64,000 nucleotides of DNA, taken from sequence record DRR378314_212; one strand, written 5' to 3'. The position numbers and the translations under genes were made by a program. Under the pieces are notes generated by a model that did not search any database, had not been told where the DNA came from, and saw only the letters and a program-made list of their open reading frames with translations. The first letter of the stretch is position 1; each line of letters starts with the position of its first letter. This document shows, in pieces, positions 57,718-64,000 of the stretch.

Positions 57718-58986
57718 TTAAGCGAGTGCCTGAAAGATATCGGCAATAATATCTTCCGCATTTTCAATGCCAACACATAAACGAATGGCTTCTGGTTTTA
57801 CGCCAACAGAGGCCTGTTCTTCGGCAGACAGCTGGCGGTGAGTTGTTGAAGCCGGGTGGCAGGCCAGCGACTTTGCGTCACCAATATTGACCAGTCGCTT
57901 AAACAGCTTCAGTTTATCGTAGAACGCAACACCCGCATCGTAGCCGCCTTTAACGCCAAAGGTTAACAGCGATGCGGGAACTCCATTCTTAATATACTTT
58001 TTCGCTCGCTCGTAGTTAGTGTGCTCCGGTAGCGCTGCAAAGTTTACCCAGTCCACCTCTGGGTGCGACTGTAAATATTCAGCCACTTTCAGCGCGTTTT
58101 CACAGTGGCGCTCAATACGCAAAGGTAAAGTCTCTAACCCCTGCAATAGCAGGAAAGCATTAAAGGGTGATAAGCAAGCACCGGTATTACGCAAAGCGAC
58201 AGTACGAACGCGGGCTATGAAAGCCGCCGGACCAAAAGCGTCGGTATAGACTACGCCGTGATAAGCCGGTTCCGGTGAGCTAAACTGAGGAAAGCCTTGT
58301 TTTTGCTTAACCCAGTCAAACCGTCCGCCATCGACTATTAAGCCGCCAACTGAATTGCCATGACCCCCAATATATTTGGTCAGTGAATGCACCACAATGT
58401 CAGCGCCAAAATCAATGGGTTTGCAAAGTATCGGTGTAGCAACCGTGTTGTCCACGACCAGTGGAACGCCATGCTGGTGGGCGACCTCAGCATAGCCTTC
58501 TAAATCGGCGATGTTTCCTGCCGGGTTGCCAATACTCTCGCAGAATACCGCCTTAGTTTTATCGTCTATAAGTTTGCCTATGTCTTCGGCTTTATCCGAT
58601 TCGGCAAAACGGACTTCAATGCCAAATGAAGGCAACATATGCTGGAATAGTGTGTAGGTTCCGCCGTAGAGTTGTGGTGTTGTCACTATGTTATCGCCCT
58701 GACGGGCAAGCGTAATTAATGCGTACTCAATGGCTGCCATGCCTGAGGCTACGGCAAGTGCGGCGACACCATGTTCAAGTTCTGCGACACGTTTTTCCAG
58801 AACATCGTTGGTCGGGTTCATAATGCGGGTGTAAATATTCCCTTCAACTGCCAGGTCAAACAGGTCAGCGCCGTGTTGTGCGTTATCAAACTCGTAAGAA
58901 ACGGTTTGGTAAATGGGGGTAGCTACTGACTTAGTCGTTGGGTCAGTTTCATAGCCATGATGTATAGCCAGTGTTTCGTCTTTCAT
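57718..58986 (-). CDS. metY: O-acetylhomoserine aminocarboxypropyltransferase (O-acylhomoserine sulfhydrylase)
   Basis: NIYTRIMNPT, SGMAA, VDNT, HSLTKYIGGHG PLP Lys, NIGDAKSL..HPASTTH. Confidence 0.92.
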   Translation of the reverse strand: MKDETLAIHHGYETDPTTKSVATPIYQTVSYEFDNAQHGADLFDLAVEGNIYTRIMNPTNDVLEKRVAELEHGVAALAVASGMAAIEYALITLARQGDNIVTTPQLYGGTYTLFQHMLPSFGIEVRFAESDKAEDIGKLIDDKTKAVFCESIGNPAGNIADLEGYAEVAHQHGVPLVVDNTVATPILCKPIDFGADIVVHSLTKYIGGHGNSVGGLIVDGGRFDWVKQKQGFPQFSSPEPAYHGVVYTDAFGPAAFIARVRTVALRNTGACLSPFNAFLLLQGLETLPLRIERHCENALKVAEYLQSHPEVDWVNFAALPEHTNYERAKKYIKNGVPASLLTFGVKGGYDAGVAFYDKLKLFKRLVNIGDAKSLACHPASTTHRQLSAEEQASVGVKPEAIRLCVGIENAEDIIADIFQALA

Positions 58987-59891
58987 ACAGACTCCAGTTC
59001 AGATTCAGTTAAAAAATGCGTTAAAGCCGATTGGTATTGTTCAACATTTTTGATAAACCCGTCGTGGCCGAACGGCGTTTCAATAGTGACCCGGCCAAAT
59101 GGGTTGGGAAGTAAGCTTTCCAGTTCATTCACCAGGCTGGGCGGGGCAATAGCGTCGTTGTTAAAGTCGACTAGCTGCACTTTTGCCTGCACGCGGGTTG
59201 GATCAATACTGTAATCGTTGAGTATTGGCGTAAGGTGCGTGAATAAGCTGCGGCAGCCATTGCCGTTTTGCTTCAAGAGTTTTTCGCCCTGATACAGTAA
59301 GTATTCAAAGGCATCGTCCGCATGATTAAAACGTTGTTCGAATTCTTCCGCGGTGCGATAACTCAGCATGGCCAGCGCCCGCGCCAGAATAATGCCTGAC
59401 TGTTTATCATCGCATCGTTGAATGAGCGCTTGCTGAAAGTAGCGCAGTAACGCTGAATGTACTGACGGCTTATGAGCGGCGCCAATAGCACTTAAACGTG
59501 GCAACTCAGTTGGGTGGTCAGCGGCATACTGAAGTCCCAGAACGCCACCGAAAGACCCCCCGATCCAGGCTTGTAGGTTGTCGGTTTCCTGTTTAAGTGC
59601 GTGTCGCATGGCTTCACTGTGTTGCTGCACCGTTAAAGGCACCGACGGACACTCTGATCCTCCTATGCCGCCGGGGTAATCGAAGCTGATGACTTGCACA
59701 TCAGTCAGCTCTGAAAAGAGCGGATGCAGCGACTGCCACCAGCCACTTTCATCAGCTTTCCAGATTTGGCCACTGGCACTGATCCCGCCCTGAACAACAA
59801 CGACCGGTTTATCAGGATCGCCATAGCGATAACCTTTAAGACGTGCGAACGGAGTGTTTGCATAAAAACTGCGGGCAACTGGCTGAACCAT
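58983..59891 (-). CDS. metX: MetX-type homoserine O-acyltransferase (alpha/beta hydrolase fold), short and divergent
   Basis: GGISA, GWW, GGSFGG nucleophile, AR.LAMLSYR, GHDGF. 4-bp overlap with metY and Met boxes upstream. Confidence 0.7.
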   Translation of the reverse strand: MVQPVARSFYANTPFARLKGYRYGDPDKPVVVVQGGISASGQIWKADESGWWQSLHPLFSELTDVQVISFDYPGGIGGSECPSVPLTVQQHSEAMRHALKQETDNLQAWIGGSFGGVLGLQYAADHPTELPRLSAIGAAHKPSVHSALLRYFQQALIQRCDDKQSGIILARALAMLSYRTAEEFEQRFNHADDAFEYLLYQGEKLLKQNGNGCRSLFTHLTPILNDYSIDPTRVQAKVQLVDFNNDAIAPPSLVNELESLLPNPFGRVTIETPFGHDGFIKNVEQYQSALTHFLTESELESV

Positions 59892-59934
59892 AGTTAACCT
59901 CAATATTCTGAGTGAGGTTTTGACTGTAATAAAT

Positions 59935-59966
59935 AGATATTAGGACGTCAAGACATTTAGACGTCC
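59935..59966. promoter_or_regulatory. Four tandem Met boxes (MetJ operator)
   Basis: AGATATTA GGACGTCA AGACATTT AGACGTCC in 8-bp register, matching AGACGTCT at 4, 6, 6 and 7 of 8 positions. Confidence 0.85.
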
Positions 59967-60041
59967 AAATTGGCTGGCGTATTTGAGTGCGAGCGGAATA
60001 TGGTATGATTTATCTTTCATTTCAAAATAAGAGTGATGCTC

Positions 60042-61352
60042 ATGGTGTATTCGGTCAGCCAGTTAAATACTGAGATTCGACAACTATTAGAGCAAGGCTT
60101 TGGTCAAATAAGCCTGGTTGGAGAAATCTCAAATTTTGCAGCGCCGGGTTCAGGACACTGGTATTTCACTTTAAAAGACGAGCGGGCTCAGGTTCGCTGC
60201 GCTATGTTCCGCAATGCGAATCAGCGTGCAAAGGTTCGGCCGCAAAATGGTATGCAGGTACTGGTACGCGCTAAAGTCACGGTTTACGAACCGCGGGGCG
60301 ACTACCAACTGATTATTGAGCAGGTTGAAGACGCCGGTCAGGGGCTTTTACAACAGCGTTATGAGCAACTAAAAGAGAAACTGTCCGCTGAAGGGTTATT
60401 TGCGGCGGAACGTAAGCGCTTACTACCCGACCATATTCGCAAAGTCGGCGTGCTGACCTCACCCACCGGCGCTGCTATCAAAGACATTCTGGCGGTGATG
60501 AAACGTCGCGACCCCGGCGTCGAAGTGATTATTTACCCGAGCGCAGTGCAGGGAGAGGCGGCCGTTCCGCAGTTGCAGGCTATGCTAAAAACGGCATTTG
60601 AGCGTAATGAAGTGGATGTCCTGTTAGTCAGCCGTGGCGGTGGCTCTCTGGAAGACTTGTGGTGTTTTAACGATGAAACTTTTGCGCGTCTCTTGGCAAC
60701 AGCGCCCATGCCAACCATTAGCGCTGTCGGACATGAAATTGATTTTACTATTGCCGACTTTGTTGCCGATGTTCGCGCTCCGACACCTTCCGCAGCCGCT
60801 GAACTGGTCACCAGAGACCAACAACAACAACAGCAAAAGGCACAGGCACTGCAACAGCGCTTAGGTCTGGCGCAGCAAAGACTGTTGCAGCGTTTACAAC
60901 AGCGTTGGCAATTTTTACAAACCCGGCTGCAACAGCAGCACCCGCAACGACAATTGCAACAACAGTCGCAATTAGCAGATGAACTGCAAGCCCGAGCTAA
61001 CCGGGCGTTACAGAACCGGCTGGCGCGGCAGAAGCAGCAAGTGTCATATTTACACGGGCGCCTGCAGGCTATGCATCCGCAAAAAGAGTTACAGCGTTTG
61101 CGGCAAAAACTTCAGACGCAACAGCAACGATTGCCGCAGGTTATGCAACGAGTTTTAAAGGACAAACGAACTCAGCAGCAACAGTTGATGCAAGCTCTGA
61201 ACCTTGTCAGCCCTTTGAATACTCTGGAAAGGGGTTACGCTATTGTCCGGACAGAAAACGGTGATGTTGTTCGTAGCGAGAAGCAAGTGGCTGTGGGTGA
61301 ATCAATAGAAGTTCGTCTGGCTGACGGTAATATTACCGCTAAAAGGCAATGA
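60042..61352 (+). CDS. xseA: Exodeoxyribonuclease VII large subunit
   Basis: GEISN...SGHWYFTLKD, TSPTGAA..D, RGGGSLEDLW.FN, GHEID, PTPSAAAE, L.RGY. Confidence 0.96.
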   Translation: MVYSVSQLNTEIRQLLEQGFGQISLVGEISNFAAPGSGHWYFTLKDERAQVRCAMFRNANQRAKVRPQNGMQVLVRAKVTVYEPRGDYQLIIEQVEDAGQGLLQQRYEQLKEKLSAEGLFAAERKRLLPDHIRKVGVLTSPTGAAIKDILAVMKRRDPGVEVIIYPSAVQGEAAVPQLQAMLKTAFERNEVDVLLVSRGGGSLEDLWCFNDETFARLLATAPMPTISAVGHEIDFTIADFVADVRAPTPSAAAELVTRDQQQQQQKAQALQQRLGLAQQRLLQRLQQRWQFLQTRLQQQHPQRQLQQQSQLADELQARANRALQNRLARQKQQVSYLHGRLQAMHPQKELQRLRQKLQTQQQRLPQVMQRVLKDKRTQQQQLMQALNLVSPLNTLERGYAIVRTENGDVVRSEKQVAVGESIEVRLADGNITAKRQ

Positions 61353-61363
61353 TTCTGCGGCTA

Positions 61364-61398
61364 TTGTCATATTCCTGACATTCGGGCTTTGGTATACT
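61364..61398 (+). promoter_or_regulatory. Pho box plus -10 element of the alkaline phosphatase promoter
   Basis: TTGTCAT-ATTC-CTGACAT (61364-61381) followed by TATACT (61393-61398). Confidence 0.75.
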
Positions 61399-61427
61399 GG
61401 TTAGGTTATTCACAAAGGAGTCGTGGT

Positions 61428-62735
61428 ATGAAACTCAAAGCATTGGTAGCCGGCATTGGACTGGCTTTGGCATCAACAATGGTGCAGGCAGAAGAACAAA
61501 AACCCAATATTATTTATATTATTGGTGATGGTATGGGATTTGAATATATTAGCGCGTACCGTTATGCCATGTCTGATTTAGACAGCAAAACGATTGCTGA
61601 AACTGAGTTTGATGCCATGCTGAAAGGCGCCGCAACCACCTATCCGGATGATAATACCTGGGTTACCGACTCAGCCGCAGGTGCAACCGCTTTGGCCACG
61701 GGTGTGAAAAGCTACAACGGAGCTATTGCCGTCGATTCTGATAAATACCCATTACAGACCATTATGGAACTGGCTCGCGAAAATGGCTGGTCAACAGGCT
61801 CGGTGTCTACATCACAAGTTAACCATGCAACTCCGGCATCGTTTTTCACCCATCACCCGTCGCGCTACGAATACAACCAGATAGCCGACAAAATTGCGAC
61901 TCAGGTGGTTGAAGGTCAACCGTCTTTTGACGTGATGTTAGGTGGCGGACAAAGCTATTTTAACCGTGAAGACAAGAATTGGCTGGATGTATTGCCGGAG
62001 CACGGCATGCAGGTAGTAACCGATATGCAAAAGCTGAACTTGGTTGATACCACGCCTGTCATGGGACTTTTTGCAGAAAAAGGTTTGCCGCACGCGATTG
62101 ACGGCGATGTTGATGCGCTGGCCAATATGACACGTACCGCTTTGCGCTTATTGGATAAAAAGCAGCAGCCGTTTGCTTTAATGATTGAAGGCAGCGAAAT
62201 TGACTGGTGTGGTCATGCCAATGACATCGCTTGTGCCGTCCACGAAATGGATGGACTAAATCGCGCATTGAAGGTGGTGAGTGAGTACCGCGAGAAGAAT
62301 CCCGACACGTTAATAGTGATGACGGCTGATCATTCAACTGGTGGCCTGACTCTAGGGCGTGATGGTGACTACGCCTGGTATTCTGATCGTGTGATGGCGA
62401 TTGAAAATTCAATTGCTTTCATGAGTAAAGAGATGCTTGCCATGGATACTGAGAGCTGGGCGGAGTATGTAGCTGATAAAGTTAACTTTGAGCTGACTCA
62501 GGAGTATCTTGATGAGCTTGCTATTGCCGCTGAAGCAGAGGGTGAAGAACAACAAGACGCTTTACATCAGGCACTGGTCTATATAACTGGCGATATTACC
62601 GGTACCGGCTGGACAACCAGCGGGCATACCGGTGTTGATGTTCCGGTCTTTGCTGTCGGCCCTTATAGCGAAAACTTCGGCGGCTATATGGATAATACGG
62701 ACATTGGCAAGCAGCTAATAAAACTCGTCAAATAA
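61428..62735 (+). CDS. phoA: Alkaline phosphatase (PhoA family)
   Basis: Signal peptide, IGDGMG, TDSAAGATA catalytic Ser, HATPA, EGS.ID..GH, TADH, HT.VDV. Confidence 0.93.
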   Translation: MKLKALVAGIGLALASTMVQAEEQKPNIIYIIGDGMGFEYISAYRYAMSDLDSKTIAETEFDAMLKGAATTYPDDNTWVTDSAAGATALATGVKSYNGAIAVDSDKYPLQTIMELARENGWSTGSVSTSQVNHATPASFFTHHPSRYEYNQIADKIATQVVEGQPSFDVMLGGGQSYFNREDKNWLDVLPEHGMQVVTDMQKLNLVDTTPVMGLFAEKGLPHAIDGDVDALANMTRTALRLLDKKQQPFALMIEGSEIDWCGHANDIACAVHEMDGLNRALKVVSEYREKNPDTLIVMTADHSTGGLTLGRDGDYAWYSDRVMAIENSIAFMSKEMLAMDTESWAEYVADKVNFELTQEYLDELAIAAEAEGEEQQDALHQALVYITGDITGTGWTTSGHTGVDVPVFAVGPYSENFGGYMDNTDIGKQLIKLVK

Positions 62736-62779
62736 CCTCTTCTTGTAAGTTTCCCCGACAGTCGCGTTTTATAACGCGA

Positions 62780-62797
62780 CTGTCATATTACTGTCAT
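62780..62797 (+). promoter_or_regulatory. Pho box upstream of ppk
   Basis: CTGTCAT-ATTA-CTGTCAT, two perfect consensus half-sites. Confidence 0.85.
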
Positions 62798-62858
62798 AAA
62801 AATACAGCCCGAGTACGCTAGGCTAGTCGCATGATGTATCTGTTGCCATGTCTACGCT

Positions 62859-64000
62859 ATGAAATTTTTTAATAAAGAACTAAGCTGGCTTTCCTTTAAT
62901 GAACGGGTGCTGCAAGAAGCTGCTGACAGCACGGTTCCGGCAATTGAACGAATTCGCTTTCTCGGAATTTTTTCCAGCAATATGGATGAGTTTTTTCAGG
63001 TGCGTGTGGCTGACGTAAAGCGTCGCATTTTCTTTAGTCAGGCGACAGAAGAGCGAGAACAGTATGAGCAGCTAATGGCACAGTTGCAAAAAAAGGTTGT
63101 GTTGCTGCAAAAACGCTTTGATGAAGTACTGGAAGAAGTATTAGCAACCTTAAGAAAAAATGGTATCTCGCTACTAAGTATTGACCAGTTGAACGAGGAA
63201 GAAAAGCAAAGGCTGAAGCGCTTTTTCACAGAAAAAGTACAGCGTTTTATTGTGCCTATATGGGTCAATGGTAAAGGGAACCTTTCTAATATTATCCGTG
63301 AAGATGAAACCTACCTTTGTGTTGAAATTATAAACTCTGATGACAAACAGTATGCGCTGCTGGAAGTGCCTTCTGATCAGATGGATCGCTTTATTAAGTT
63401 GCCTGCTAAGGGGCACAGTAAGAAACATAAGCTCCTCTTTTTAGACGACATTATGCAGTTAAATTTAGAAGTGCTGTTTAAGGGAATTATTCCATTCAAA
63501 CAACTGCGGGCTTTTTCATTTAAAACCACCCGGGACGCGGAATATCGTCCTTCAGATGATATTGAACAAAGCTTGCTTGAACGTATGGAAGAAGGCTTAA
63601 AGCAAAGGGTGAAGGCTGATCCTGTGCGTTTAGTTTATGACCGTGCAATGCCGGAAGAAATGCTCTCTTTTTTGAGTGAAAAGCTGCAGCTAACTCAGTT
63701 CGATTCCTTTGTCGCTGGTGGCCGTTATCGTAACACACGGGATTTCGCTAAGTTCCCGCACTTAGGCAAAAAATCACTGACGCACAAAGTTCTGCCTGCG
63801 TTGTTTCATCCAAAGTTCTCGCACTTTGATAATGTGTTTGATGCTATTCAGAAAAGCGATATAGCGTTGTATTACCCGTACCATCGATTTTCGCATTTTA
63901 CGGAATTTGTCCGGCAGGCTGCTTATGACCCTAAAGTGACCCGAATCTCAATGTGTATTTATCGGGTGGCGCCCAATTCACGGGTAATACGTTCCTTGAT
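62859..64000 (+). CDS. ppk: Polyphosphate kinase 1, 5' part (runs off window end)
   Basis: Not in the ORF track because there is no stop in the window. My translation MKFFNKELSWLSFNERVLQEAAD...ERIRFLGIFSSNMDEFFQVRVA matches PPK1, with later YYPYH.F and IYRVA.NS. Confidence 0.95.
   Translation, partial: MKFFNKELSWLSFNERVLQEAADSTVPAIERIRFLGIFSSNMDEFFQVRVADVKRRIFFSQATEEREQYEQLMAQLQKKVVLLQKRFDEVLEEVLATLRKNGISLLSIDQLNEEEKQRLKRFFTEKVQRFIVPIWVNGKGNLSNIIREDETYLCVEIINSDDKQYALLEVPSDQMDRFIKLPAKGHSKKHKLLFLDDIMQLNLEVLFKGIIPFKQLRAFSFKTTRDAEYRPSDDIEQSLLERMEEGLKQRVKADPVRLVYDRAMPEEMLSFLSEKLQLTQFDSFVAGGRYRNTRDFAKFPHLGKKSLTHKVLPALFHPKFSHFDNVFDAIQKSDIALYYPYHRFSHFTEFVRQAAYDPKVTRISMCIYRVAPNSRVIRSL

Noticed and set aside
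60815-61195. CAA/CAG-rich repeats in xseA
   Set aside because: Gln-rich coiled-coil region of XseA. The frame is intact and it does not look like a contingency repeat.
1-64000. tRNA, rRNA, CRISPR array, transposase, integrase or prophage genes
   Set aside because: None recognised by eye. The many short antisense ORFs in the track overlap well-supported genes and were treated as shadows.

Overview
Chromosomal window from a marine gammaproteobacterium. Gene order and protein style suggest Alteromonadales, probably Idiomarina-like (inference). It has two halves. (1) About 1-30.9 kb is an accessory patchwork. It holds a run of small co-oriented genes separated by decayed integron attC-like sites (no integrase in the window), a TetR/alpha-beta hydrolase module, a ParD-like/map pair whose map carries a nonsense codon, and a CZB-GGDEF diguanylate cyclase. 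It then has an 11-kb eight-gene locus (membrane-anchored serine hydrolase, exported D-aminoacylase, GntR, YkvI-like permease, DUF1611/DgcN, TonB-dependent receptor, enolase-superfamily epimerase, DUF819 transporter) that looks like a D-amino-acid/D-peptide scavenging system with a shared 14-bp operator-like motif. After that come a PAS-PAS chemoreceptor, an orphan higA with only the tail of higB left, a periplasmic Lig E, a catalase-like/cytochrome b561 pair, a RhuM-Fic gene bracketed by a duplicated promoter-like repeat, and a membrane-anchored NERD gene. (2) About 31-64 kb is core genome: suhB, trmJ, iscR-iscS (rest of the isc operon absent), msrA, ndk-rlmN-pilW-rodZ-ispG-hisS-yfgM-bamB-der, hslO-hslR, a complete gspC-N type II secretion cluster, mscS, metX-like/metY behind Met boxes, xseA, and phoA-ppk behind Pho boxes. 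I saw no rRNA, tRNA, CRISPR array, transposase or integrase. All family calls come from motif recognition by eye, not from database searches.
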